Part shown: in pieces, positions 22,100 to 33,889 of the stretch | Numbering within the stretch: the first letter of the stretch is position 1 | How the letters are laid out: each line of letters starts with the position of its first letter | Assembly (NCBI GenBank): GCA_035221665.1 | Contig: CM069153.1 | Coordinates: 23,870,001 to 23,934,000, forward strand | Origin: Okamejei kenojei | Taxonomy: Eukaryota | Direction of reading: 5' to 3' | Length of the DNA stretch: 64,000 bases | Notes under the pieces: generated by a model | What the model saw: only the letters and a program-made list of their open reading frames with translations | What the model was told of the DNA's origin: nothing | The model's database searches: none | Translations under genes and position numbers: made by a program

Positions 22100-23330
22100 T
22101 TGTTATTGATTCACAAACCTGTACAGCAGAGAAAGGGGTCTTCAGCCCACCGTCCATGCCAACATTTTAGTCCAACTAAACCAATTCCATTTGCCTGCAT
22201 TATGACTGTCTCCTTCCAAGCTGGCCTCTGAACAATCTGTCTAACAGCGTGCTAAACGTAGTAATTGGTATCTGAATTCACCACCTATCTGACAGTGCAG
22301 TATAGATAACATGTCCACACCGGCCAACATATCCCATCCACATTAGTTTCACTTGCCTGCGTTTGGCCCATATCCCTCTCAACTTGTCCTAACCATGTAC
22401 CTGTCTAATTGTTTCTTGGATGTAGCAATAGTACCTGCCTCAACTACCTCTACCAGCAGCTCGTTCCATACACCCATCTTTGTGTGAAAAAGTTACCCCT
22501 CAAGTTCCTATTAAATCTTTCCCCCCTCACAAACCAATGGCCTCTGGTTCTAGATTTCCCCTACTCTGGGCAATAATTTCGGCATCTCCCCAATCTATTC
22601 CTCGGATGGAATCATGGACTTGGACACAGAGGTTTTTCAGTTCATCAATATTCCTTAGTGCTGCCATTGACTATATATGTCCGACCTCCACTTGAGCTCC
22701 CAGTATGCATCAACTCCCACCCTTCGGCACTCCGAGTTCACGCCGACCAGCGATCCTCGCACATCAACACTATCCTACACACACTGGGGACAATTTACAC
22801 TTATACCAAGCCAATTAACCTACAAACCTGTACGTCTATGGAGTGTGGGAGGACACCGAAGATCTCGGAGAACACCCAGGCAGTCACGGTGAGAACGTAC
22901 CAACTCTGTACAGACAGCGCCCGTAGTCGGGATCGAGCCGGGGTCTCTGGCGCTGCAAGCTCTGTAAGGCAGTAACTGTGCCGCTGCGCCAAGGTGCCGC
23001 ACTCAGGATTTGGAAGGATTAAATTCCATCCGCCAATGCTCTGCCCAACTTGTCATCTGATCTTTGTCTTGCTATAGCCTGACAAACCTGCCCTGCAATC
23101 CACGACACCAATAATTTTAATGTGACCTGCAAATTTACTAATCTCTTACATTCATGCCCAAGTTACCAGAATAAAACACAAAGGTTCCAGCACCCATCCC
23201 ACTGATAAACTAATGGTGGCAGACTTTCAATCAGAAAAAAAAAAACACCCTTCCACCACAACGCTCTGCCTCCTATCAACAAGCTTATTATGGATCCTAA
23301 GTGCCTTAACATGCAGGCTTGCCACATGCC
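22100..23330 (-). mobile_element. Old CR1 remnant with nested younger CR1 tail and HE1 SINE (~22720-23000)
   Basis: CR1 tail motifs at 22120-22600; SINE head GGGATCGAGCCGGGGTCTCTGGCGCTG; RRQSVVVEGCF RT remnant near 23260. Confidence 0.7.
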
Positions 23331-23384
23331 ATGCCAAAGTCCATAGAGACAACATCTTATAAAATCTCCTTTGTTTTCTCAATA

Positions 23385-24092
23385 CAATACAATATACTTT
23401 ATTTACCAAGTATGTTTTGCAACATACGAGTACTTTCTTTTGCCAAGTCATTCATACAAATAAAAAGCAACAGAACACACAAAATACATTTTAACATAAA
23501 CATCCACTACAGTGACACCCCCACATTCCTCACTGTGATGGAAGGCAAAAAAAAGTTACATTTCTTCCCTTCTTTGCTCTCCCGCGGTTCGGGGGCCTCG
23601 AGCCTTCCGTTGACGGGACGATCTTACTCCCGTAGCCGGCGGCGAGCCTTCCTCGTCGGGCGATCAAGCTCCTGCATCGGGGGATCTCAGCTCCCCCGCG
23701 CCGAGCGATCGGACCCCAGGTCGGGGTTGTCGAACCTTCTGCGTCGTTGGAGTTCCCGACTCGGTCTCTCCCGAGACTGCGAGCCTTGATGTTAAAGTCC
23801 CAGGCAAGGTAAGTCTGTGCCCCCGCAGTGGGGCCCAAAGTCAGTCCCGAGTGAGGTCTCCAGCTCCATGATGTTAGGCCTCAGAGCGACCGGAGATACA
23901 ACCCGTAATACAATCTCATCTCCGGCAAGGTAAGAGACTGAAAAAAAAGTTTCCCTCGACCCCCTTCCCCTTCCCGTCCTCCACATAAAACAAACTGGAG
24001 AACATTTACACAAACTTTAAAACACACTAAAAATAACACAAAAAAGACAAAAACAGACAGACTGTTGGTGAGTGCCAATCGTGCGGCACCCC
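23385..24092 (-). mobile_element. Unclassified GC-rich non-coding element, related to 8478-9350
   Basis: TCCTCACTGTGATGGAAGGC at ~23527; minus-strand 5' end GGTGCCGCACGATTGGCACTCACCAACAGTCTGTCTGTTTT. Confidence 0.6.
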
Positions 24093-24249
24093 TGGGGGTT
24101 CTTTCAGTAAACACAAACAAATTTGTGGGACAGGATTTCCCGTACACAGAGCAATGCTAACTGTCACCTATTCAAATCTCTGCCTTTTGAAATATACATA
24201 AACCATGTTCCTTAGGAATTTCCCTACCACTGACCTAAGGCTCAAAAAG

Positions 24250-25330
24250 GCGACAAAGTGCTGGAGTAACTCAGACAGCATCTCTGGAGAATGTGGATCG
24301 GTGATGTTTTGGGTCCGGACTTCTTCAGATTGACTGTGGTGGAGGGGAGGAGGTGGGGTGTTCATAAATTCATAAATGATAGTAGTAGAATTAGGCCATT
24401 TGTCCCATCGAGTCTACTCTGCCATCCAATCATAGCTGATCTCTGCCTCCTAATACCATTTCCTGTCTTCTCCTCATAACCCTTGACGCGCGTTCTAATC
24501 AAGAATTTGTCTATCTCTGCCTTAAAAATATTCACTGACTGCCTCCACAGCCCTCTGTGGCAAAGTTTTCCACAGATTAACTATTCTCTGACTAAATAAA
24601 TTCCTCCTCACCTCCTTTCTAAAAGAGCGGCCTTTAATTCTGAGGCTGACCTCTGGTCCTAGACACACCCACCAGCGGAAACATCCTTTCCGCATCCACT
24701 CTATCTATGCCTTTCATTATTCTGTAAGTTTCAATGAGGTCCTCCCTCAACCTTCTAAACTCCAGCGAGTAGCACAGCCCAGTGCTGTCAAACGGGATGG
24801 GACGAAAACTGGAAGAGAAGTGGGGCTGGACAAAGCATGGTGAATGATACAGATGAGGAGGGGGGGGGGGAAGTTGATAGGCAGCTGGTTGGACAGTCCA
24901 TAGATGAAAAGACTAAAGGTATGAGATAAGGATGGAAGAGGTGCAACTTGTGGAGCCAGAGGAAGGAATATAGATGGAAGGGGAGGGGGATGGAAGAAAG
25001 TGTAACGAAGATAGGCACAAAAAGTTGGAGTAACTCAGCGGGACAAGCAGCATCTCTGGAGAGAAGGAATGGGTGAGGTTTCAGGTCGAGACCCTTCTTA
25101 AATTAGAACTACTCCAATTGGGGGACAGGGAAGAGAGGGATGGTGGTCTTTGTAAGTTTGTTACCTACAAATGGAGAATTCAATGTTCATACGGTTAGGT
25201 TGTAGGTTACCAAAGTGGAATATGAGGTGCTGTTCCTCCAGTTTGCTTATGGCCTCACTCTGGTAATGGAGGAGGTCCAGGACAGAAAAGTCTGTATAGG
25301 AACGGGAACGGGAGTTAAAATGGTTCACAG
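24250..25330 (-). mobile_element. PLE 3' fragment with nested CR1 (24361-24790) and a nested hammerhead unit (~25007-25100)
   Basis: ORF 25161..25400 NHFNSRS..KLEEQHLIFHFGNLQPNRMNIEFS; units at 24250-24330 and 25007-25100. Confidence 0.75.
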
Positions 25331-25694
25331 TACATCCAGCAGGCTGATCCTCACTTTGTATCTTTGTCTTTTTTAAAAAGAAATAAACCAACACCTGCAT
25401 TTCCTTGTTTCTCCACTGACCTGAGGCTTACCTGCCGGAAGTTACCTGGCTTACACTGTCCTTCTGAAAGAAAGGAAGAACATTAGCTATCATCTAGTCT
25501 TCATCTACCACACCTGGGGATAATAAGATTGCAAAAATCTCAACAATCAATTCAACACAATACTTGAGAGATATAGCACAGAAACAGGCCCTGTGGCCCT
25601 GAGGCCCAACAAGTCTGCTCCAACCAGTGATGATCCCCTACACAAACACTATCATACACATTAGGGACAATTTACAATATTACCAAAGCCAAGA

Positions 25695-25957
25695 ACTCAA
25701 GGGCCTGAGCTATAGGCAGCGGTTGATCAGGCTAGGACTCTATTCCTTGGAGCGCAGGAGGATGAGAGGTGACCTTATTGAAGTGTAGAAAATCGTGAGA
25801 GGAATAGATCTGGTGGACATGCAGAGTTTCTTGCTCACAAAAGGGGAATCAAGATTTTACGGGAACTTGATGATAACTATTTTACACAAAGTGCGGTGCG
25901 TGTATGGATCGAGCTGCCAGGTAATTGAGGCAGACACTATCATAACATTTAAGATAT
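25695..25957 (+). mobile_element. CR1 3' fragment, split by DIRS (continues 29239-29345)
   Basis: TATTCCTTGGAGCGCAGGAGGATGAGAGGTGACC..CATAACATTTAAGA | TTAGATAG..GGATAGGATAGGTTTAG. Confidence 0.75.
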
Positions 25958-27702
25958 AATAGTAAGATTAAATGAGAAATTCACGGTTTGAAGTTTGATC
26001 GTTATTTTATGAGGAGTTACGATGAGGAATTACGTGAAGAACCCCCATATAGCCGCACGTGCGTCAATCTTCAAAGCAGCGGTGTGAAATCACAGGTAAT
26101 AGTGACTGAAGTATAATAGTAAGAAACAAAAGACTAGAACTACCAGATGATATTTATGAGGGTTGGGAGCGGAGGGTACGTAATCCCTCATCGTACCTCC
26201 TCATAAAATAAAGATCAAACTTCAAACTGGTAAGTTCTCTTTTAATCTTACTATTTTACTTCAGAGTCACGTGAGTGACTATGTGAAGATTACAAAGCTC
26301 TGTGAGTTCATGCCGTGTGAAACGCGAATACACAACCACAACTGCTTCATTGACAAATCAAGGAAAACATTCATAATGCATACAGTCATGACATAGATTT
26401 AGAACATGCTGATGTTGTTTAAATGAAGTAATATTTCCATCTCTCACCCAGATGTAAAGTATAACCAGAACGCAAATAGAGTTGACAAATACCCCTGGTT
26501 CAGCAATGGGTTATTATAAATGTTTGGAGATTCGTTCATTGGACCATGCTACAGCCGCAAGGATGTGGTCTAGCGGAACGTAATACCCTTGCCGCTGATG
26601 TTGTAGCAGCCCTGGTGGAATGAGATCTGGAATCAGAATCCATTCCTACATAATGCAAACTCAGTTTTATCATCTGGAGTGGCCTGAACAAATACGTTCT
26701 TCTACGTTTTTTGTGACTAACAACATTGCTAGTTCAGAACCTTGAAGGCTCTTGGTGACCTTGACGTATTATTGTATATATGTGTGCTTACATTACCAAA
26801 GGTCCCCTGGCATGCCTGTGACTATTTTGAGACCTGACCCCCTTCTGGTCTGCTCAAGTATTTATAACATAAAATATTATATATTATTTACAGATGTAAT
26901 CATCCTGTACCATCGCAATTATATAGCGACTGAACCTGCCGCGCTAAACCAGCACCAGAAGGATAACTACCTAATGTGCTCCAGCCAAATTTAAGGATGT
27001 AGCTGGAGCCTCCTGGTGAAATAGTGTTCACAAATATCAACATCCCATACAGCATTGTACTGGTCCTGGGAGACCTTGTGTTGAAGATATCCTTACAACT
27101 TGATATCCGGTGTGAACCCGACAGAACGGGTATTGTTTTCTACAGCCAACTCAATGAGAAAGCACGTTGACACAGTTAATGGCCGTACAACTCAATAATT
27201 AACAAAAGATCATTAAACATGAACTCCAAACGTTAGCAATTTATACCGTTTTCAATGCAACATGAGCATAAAACAAACTCTTTCATCTCCTGGAAAAGAA
27301 AAGTCCTGCTGTTTGGTGCTATCCAAGCACATAGAAGGATAGATGTAACAACCCAAGCCTTAGGGCAGTTTATTAAACCTGCAGAACATAATTTGAGTTT
27401 ATCATGCAACGGCTGATTTCCCAAGCCTCAGGCTGAACCAGCAAAGCAACGTTTAAAATCACCATACAAGGTTCTTTTATTATTCCTGACAAATTGGGAT
27501 CAATTTGCATAAGACAATCACACAATAGGAACCTAAAGCGGCCTCTTAATGACTTTATTTGAAGCCTTGATTGATGAAGCAAAATTGAGGGAGGCATAAA
27601 AGACCTTCCTTCTCCTTGTAGCGAGAATGTATCTTTCGCCACTGTTATGCCACATATTTTGCAACCAGTGAATAAGCATAAAAAACAACATATCTATATT
27701 TG

Positions 27703-27827
27703 GGGTACACAAAAAGCTGGAGAAACTCAGCGGGTGCAGCAGCATCTAAGGAGCGAAGGAGATAGGCGACGTTTTGGGCCGATACCCTTCTTCAGACTCA
27801 TAGGCGACGTTTCGGGCCGAGACCCTT
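27703..27827 (-). mobile_element. Hammerhead unit with a tandem partial second motif, inserted in DIRS
   Basis: Minus strand: AAGGGTCTCGGCCCGAAACGTCGCCTATGAGTCTGAAGAAGGGTATCGGCCCAAAACGTCGCCTATCTCC. Confidence 0.75.
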
Positions 27828-28499
27828 ATTTGGTGTTCCATTGAACCAGAGTTTCATAATACGGTGTGATTCAACACCAATTCTGTGTTGCCATTGACCT
27901 TTACTTGATGATTCTCCTGTGGCAAACGAGATTATGTAACCATTCCAGGGGTCTTTAATTGATTGAACCCACGTGACTAACATATGCCATCATCATAATG
28001 TATCAACATGAAGCTGAGCATGCAGATATGCATATTTGCTCAATCACTCTTTAACCCATACAATGCCCGTAGGATCTGTAGATAGTTGATACCAATAAAA
28101 GAAGAATTGGTAAGTCATGCAAATCTGCTCCACCTCCAAACTCGAGATGATATTCACAATTTCGTGTCTGCCATAAATGGCAACTGTGAGCCCAATTTCT
28201 GAGCCAGTCTTGCAAGACAATCCTGGCCATTATACTGAGCCTCCCGAATTCTAACCTGCTTGAAATGCTAGTATTGTCCATTTTTACATGGTTAGACCGC
28301 TTGGTCTCACCAATATAGATCATCTGGCATCTGGAGCAGCGGATGCAGTAGATGAGGTTGGTGGAGGTGCAGATGAACCTCTGTCGGACCTGGAAGGACT
28401 GCTTGGGTCCCTGAAAGGAGTGGAGGGGGGAGGTGAAGGGACAAATGTAGCTGCTGTATTAGTGTCTAGATTCACATTCCCGGGAATCTTTCTTTGTCG

Positions 28500-28930
28500 G
28501 ACTGACCATTTTTGTCAGTTGTCCCCATATCCTGGGGATGTCTGCGGTTTGGGATCTGCATTGCTGGATTTCCCCTCCCCAGGAATCCATATAAATATAT
28601 AGATACCCGCAGTAACCCTCCCGGCACCCGGGCTGACCGTGCAGGTCAGTTTAACCCCATATTCTGGGATTACTGCGGTATGAAAACCGCATATGCTTGC
28701 ATTTCCCCTCCCCGGGGAACCCAGCCTTACCGTTATGGTCAGTTTTAACCCCATCTCCTGGGGACTACTGCAGTCTGGAAACCGCATATTCTTGGATTTC
28801 CCCTCCCCAGGAACCCAGGCTGACCATTCAGGTCAGTTTAACCCATATCTTGGGGACTACTGCGGTCTGGAACCGCATATTCTTGGGTTTCCCCTCCCTG
28901 GGAACCCAACGTTTAGAATCACTGACCGTG
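28500..28930. repeat. ~94-bp tandem repeat (~4.5 copies) in the DIRS 5' region
   Basis: Recurring CTGACC..GGTCAGTTTAACCCCAT..GGGACTACTGCGGT..AACCGCATATTCTTGGATTTCCCCTCCCC. Confidence 0.85.
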
Positions 28931-29916
28931 TTATCAGTGACTCCAATCGCGAAACCCGACATTCGCCAGCTCCCCACTTCCGCAGTTGGACCAGGGTTTT
29001 CCCCAAAGGCCTAGGCTGGTTCCCTCATCGGCCGTTCGCGAACATCCCGCAAAAACCTCTGAGATTCCTGCAGGAGACCTACAACAGGTAAGGAATAGCA
29101 CTTACCTGAAGTTGAGACTTACCGTTGGAGGAGCTCCGCTTCTCAACCGGTGGCCTGCACGAAAGCGTCTGACGTAATGACGCACGTGTGGCTGTACTGG
29201 GTTTTTCACGTAGTCACTCACGTGACTCCGAAGTAAAATTAGATAGTTGCAAGGATAGGATAGGTTTAGCGGGATATAGACCAAATGCAGGCAGATGGGA
29301 CTACTGCAGTTGGAACCTATTGGTCGGTGTGGGCAAGTTGGGCATGTACAAACTCTGTACAGATAGCACCCGTAGTTGGGTATGGGCATGTTTCCACGCA
29401 CACAACCCTAATCCTACTTCGACAACAGAATCTAAGGACCACCTCTTGCACTACAATTATTATTTTTCTACTTGCGTTTTGCACTAATGTATTGTTTTTT
29501 CCTGTAGTCTTATTTCATTTTTGCTGCCTTGCGGAATGTATGTGTAATTTAATGTTAAGTTACATATAGCTTATGTTTTTGCATGTTGGCTGAGTCTATG
29601 TGCCTGTGCTCCAGCTACAGGCGAGAGTTTCATTGCCCTGATTCTCACTGTATTTGTGGTGACGACAATAAACTCAACTGAACTGTACTTTACTTTATTT
29701 CCCCACGTCATTCTGACATAGATCCTATGTGGCTCTGGGCATTTATTCACCTTTAAACATTCCAAGACATCTAATACCACCATATCAATACCTGCATGCT
29801 CAAACCCGAACGCCTTATACTCCACATACTTCACCTTGGTGAATACAGATGAGAAGTATTCATATATAGTATGTCCTCACCTCTTGGCCACGCATATTAA
29901 TTCCCCCTCCTATTAT

Positions 29917-30237
29917 TTAGTTTAGTTTAGTCTAGTTTAGAGATATAGCGCAGAAACAGGCCCTTGGGCCCACCAAGTCCGCACCGACCAGCGATCCCCT
30001 GCACATTAACACTATTCGACACACGCTAGGGACAATTTACACTTATACCAAGCCGCTGTACCTACATACTTGCACGTCTTTGGAGTGTGGGAGGAAACCG
30101 AAGATCTCGGAGAAAACCCATGCGGTCATGGGGAGAACGTACAAACTTCGTACACACAGCACCCGTAGCCGGGATCGAACCTGGTTCTCCAGAGTTGCAA
30201 GTGCTATGAGGCAGCAACACTACGGCTGTGCCACCGT
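29917..30237 (-). mobile_element. HE1-type V-SINE
   Basis: Full antisense copy from the (TTTAG)n tail to the GCTGTGCCACCGT head. Confidence 0.88.
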
Positions 30238-30616
30238 ACATCGTGTGGCTCCCTCATGTGTATGATTGTGAAGGAGACATTCCCTTCCATCCCCCCCCCC
30301 CCCTTCCCATCTTTCCATGGCTACCTTCTTGTTCCTAATAACTTATAGAATGATTCAGGATTCTTCTTAATTGTACTTGCAGGAGATATTTCAAGACCTC
30401 CGTTCGTTTCCTTGTAAGAACTCCCTCTATTATTGCCTCTGGTGCTCTGGTTTTCCTCGCACATCTCAAAAGACGGATTTACAGGTTAACTAGCCTCTGT
30501 AAATTGCCCATGACTTGTAGGGAGAGGATGTGAAAGTGGGATAACATAGAACTAATATGAATGAGTGATCGATGGTTTGTGCAGATTTAGTGGGCCGAAA
30601 GGCCATATTTCTAAAT

Positions 30617-30820
30617 AAAGTTGCTGCTTTAAAGTGTCAGAGTCCCAGATTTGATCCTGACTACGGGTGCTGTCTGTTCGAAGTTTGTACGTCCTCACTA
30701 TAACCACGTTGGTTTTACCCAGATGCTCCGGTTTCCTCTCACATTCCAAAGACGTATTGATTTATAGGTTAAATGGCTTCGATAAAAATTGTAAATTGTC
30801 CCTCGTGCTTACAATAGTTA
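30617..30820 (+). mobile_element. HE1-type V-SINE (partial)
   Basis: GTTGCTGC..GATCCTGACTACGGGTGCTGTCTG..GCTCCGGTTTCCTC. Confidence 0.75.
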
Positions 30821-31121
30821 AATTGTTTTGTACCTGGCTCCATTAGCATGCAATGGCTTCTGCATTTTGAACTGTAAATAGTTAACGGTAGATGTTGGCT
30901 GCAAAAGTGCCCGCAGCCAACAAGCCCAGACTGTTACTGCTCAGGTTAAGGTGCTGAAAAAAACAACCATGTCTTCATCACATACACTACTGCTGCTTGA
31001 GCAAAGTGTTTTTCCATCACCCCTGCCAAGCCAAGAAAGTCAGGCCAAGATACGGAGACTCTTTACATGCTGGTCCCAGAGGAGGATCTGTTATCATCTG
31101 GGGCAACATAGTGACGCATGA

Positions 31122-31305
31122 GGGGCGGCACAGTGGCACAGCGTTAGAGTTGCTGCCTTACAGCGCAAGACGTCCGGGTTCGATCCTGACTACGGGTGCT
31201 GTCTGTACGGAGTTTGTACATTCTCCCTGTGATCGCGTGGGTTTCTCTGGGTGCTCTGGTTTTCTCCCACAATCCAAAGACGTATAGGTTTCTAGGTTAA
31301 TTGAT
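31122..31305 (+). mobile_element. HE1-type V-SINE 5' half
   Basis: GGGGCGGCACAGTGGCACAGCGTTAGAGTTGCTGCCTTACAGCGC..GGGTTCGATCCTGAC. Confidence 0.85.
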
Positions 31306-31376
31306 TTTATGACATCTGAAAGATTGTAACTTTTTTTGTATTATCTTTATATCTGCAGGTGAACTGAATTCTGGAA

Positions 31377-31440
31377 ATGGATTTATGCCTCACATTTTAT
31401 CTTTATTTCATTCTACACTTATGCGTACCCTCTGCAGAGA
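31377..31440 (+). CDS. Ig-superfamily membrane protein, signal-peptide exon (exon starts at 31359)
   Basis: Acceptor TTATCTTTATATCTGCAG|31359; ATG 31377; MDLCLTFYLYFILHLCVPSAE (21 aa hydrophobic leader) + 1 nt; donor GTAAGT at 31441 (phase 1). Confidence 0.85.
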
Positions 31441-32171
31441 GTAAGTACCTAAAACCCAGAGGCCCGGGTTCGGCTGCTGTAAGTGTGGTGTTTGCACGTT
31501 CCCCTTGTGACGGTGTGGGTTTCCTCTGGTGCTCTGGTTTTCCTCGCACATCTCAAAAGACGGATTTACAGGTTAACTAGCCTCTGTAAATTGCCCATGA
31601 CTTGTAGGGAGAGGATGTGAAAGTGGGATAACATAGAACTAATATGAATGAGTGATCGATGGTTTGTGCAGATTTAGTGGGCCGAAAGGCCATATTTCTA
31701 AACTCTAATAGAAGTTGATGGAAGTTTATGGCTATGCAGGGAATGGAGGCATGTTGTTCATGTGCAGGCAGATGAGATTAGTTTACGTTGACAACATGTT
31801 TGGCACAGATATTGTGTTTAGTGTTTAGTTCAGAGATACAGCATACAATCAGGCCCTTCGGCCCACCGAGCCTATGCCAACCATGATCACCCATACACTA
31901 GTTCTATGTTATCCCACTATCGCACCCAGCACACTTAGGGCAACTTACAGGCCAATTAATCTACAAACCCGCACGTCTTTGGAATACAGGAGGAAACCAG
32001 AGAAAACTCACATGGTCACAGGGAGAACTTGCAAACTCCACACAGATAGCACCCAAGGTAAGGATCGAACCCGGGTCTTTGACGCTGTGAGACAGCAGCT
32101 CTACTGTTGCAGCACTGTGTTCTAAATGGCCTGTTCCTCTGCTGTACTCATCTATGTTCTGTGATTTTCAG

Positions 32172-32507
32172 CGTTTGTGAATTTGGTTTGTAATGAATCG
32201 GTGACAGGAATTCTGCATGAGGATGCCACCCTACCATGCAAAAGAGATACAACAGGTCCAATTAACATCACATTCATAAAACTGCATCAAGATCAAACCC
32301 GTAATGAAATATTGATCTTTAACACAAGTGAAAATGTTCGTAGAGGTCAGAATCGAATCCAATTACGTTGTCAAGATGAATTACATTGTCAACATGATCT
32401 GTCACTGATAATCCACAAAACGGAGCTGTCAGATAACGGAACATATCAGTATAGTGTGCGTGCAAAACATGGACATGACTTTGTAAAAATTAATTTGATC
32501 GTTGAAG
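32172..32507 (+). CDS. Ig V-set domain exon 1 (B7/butyrophilin-like spacing, non-canonical cysteines)
   Basis: Acceptor GATTTTCAG|, donor |GTGAGT, 336 nt phase 1-1, open. VTGILHEDATLPC..NRIQL..DLSLIIHKTELSDNGTYQY..INLIVE. Confidence 0.9.
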
Positions 32508-32692
32508 GTGAGTAATATTGTACGTCCTCTGCTTTTTCATTTTTTAAATATTGGTTAAAATTAATTGTTAATAAATTGCAGCTTTCCACTTCCAAAGCAC
32601 GTGTGAGTTTGGTAAACTTATGCAATGTTGAGGATTACATTCAGAGAGTATTACCACGGCATTTTAAAAAAAAACTCTATTTTTCTTTAGGG

Positions 32693-32925
32693 GGGGCGGC
32701 ACAGTGGCACAGCTGTAGTTGAGCTGCCTCACAGTGCCAGAGACCCAGGTTTGATCCTGACCGCGGGTGCTGTCTGTGTGAAGTTTGCACGTTCTCCCTG
32801 TGACCGCGTGGGTTTCCTCCGGGTGCTCTGGTTTCCTCCCACATCCCAAAGTTGTGTGGATTGTGGGGATTAATTGGTCTCTATAAAAGAAAACCTCCCC
32901 CTAGTGTGCAGGGAGTGGATGAGTA
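32693..32925 (+). mobile_element. HE1-type V-SINE (intronic)
   Basis: GGGGCGGCACAGTGGCACAGCTGTAG..GCCAGAGACCCAGGTTTGATCCTGACC. Confidence 0.85.
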
Positions 32926-33392
32926 AGTGAGATAATGTGTGGGGAGGAACTGCAGATGCTGGTTTAAACAGAAAATAGACACAAAATACTGGAGTAACTC
33001 AGCGGGCCAGGCAGCATCTCTGGAGAGAAGGAATGGGTGGCGTTTCTGGCTGAGACCCTTAGTCATAGAGTGATAGTATGGAATTAGGCCCATCAGCCCA
33101 CTGAGCCCATGCCGACCATGACCACCCGTACACTAGTTCTATGTTATCCCTTTGCACCCTGCACACTTTGGGGAACTTTCAGAGGCCAATAAATCTACAA
33201 ACCCGCGCGTCTTTGGAATACAGGAGGAAACCGGAGAAAACCCACGGGGTCACCGGGTGAGCCTGCAAACTCCACACTGATAGCACCCAAGGTCAGGATC
33301 GATCCCGGGTCTTTGCCGCTGTGAGGCAGCAGCTCTACTGTTGTTATAAAAGGCCTGTTCCTCTGCTATACTCTTCTTTCTATGATTTTCAG

Positions 33393-33716
33393 CACTTGTG
33401 AATTTGGTTTGTAATGAATCAGTGACAGGAATACTGCATGAGGATACCACCCTACCATGCAAAACAGATACAGCAGGTCCAATTAACATCACATTCATAA
33501 AACTGCCTCAAGATCTAACCCATGATGAAACATTGATCTTTAACTCGAGTGAAAATGTTCGTAGAGGTCAGGATCGAATTCAACTACGTCATCAAGATCC
33601 ATATGATCTGTCACTGATAATCCATAAAACGGAACTGTCAGATAACGGAACGTATCGGTATACTGCGTATACAGATCAAGGACATGACTTTGCGCTCATC
33701 ACTTTGATCGTTGAAG
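33393..33716 (+). CDS. Ig V-set domain exon 2 (tandem duplicate of exon 1)
   Basis: Acceptor GATTTTCAG|, donor |GTGAGT, 324 nt phase 1-1, open. VTGILHEDTTLPC..DRIQL..DLSLIIHKTELSDNGTYRY..ITLIVE. Confidence 0.9.
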
Positions 33717-33889
33717 GTGAGTAATATTGCACCAGGGAATTGATGAGTAAGTGAGATCATGTGTAGGGAGGAACTGCAGATGCTGGTTTAAATGGAAAAT
33801 GGACACAAAATGCTGGGGTAACTCAGCAGGCCGGGCAGCATCTGTGAAGAGAAGGAATGGGTGACGTTTCGGGACGAGACCCTTAGTCA

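Larger units (their letters stand above)
25959..29238 (-). mobile_element. DIRS1-type tyrosine-recombinase retrotransposon, internally deleted and decayed, both termini and ICR present
   Basis: Minus-strand left end TTTTACTTCGGAGTCACGTGAGTGACTACGTGAA at 29238; right end 25959-26040. The ICR at ~26178-26290 is complementary to both ends joined. YR motif RSHSTRAATTSAAR at ~26590-26630. Confidence 0.88.

Noticed and set aside
32172-33716. Rearranging antigen-receptor (Ig/TCR/NAR) V segments
   Set aside because: Each exon includes its own G strand and a splice donor; no adjacent RSS, no FGxG J motif, no WYRQ or YYC
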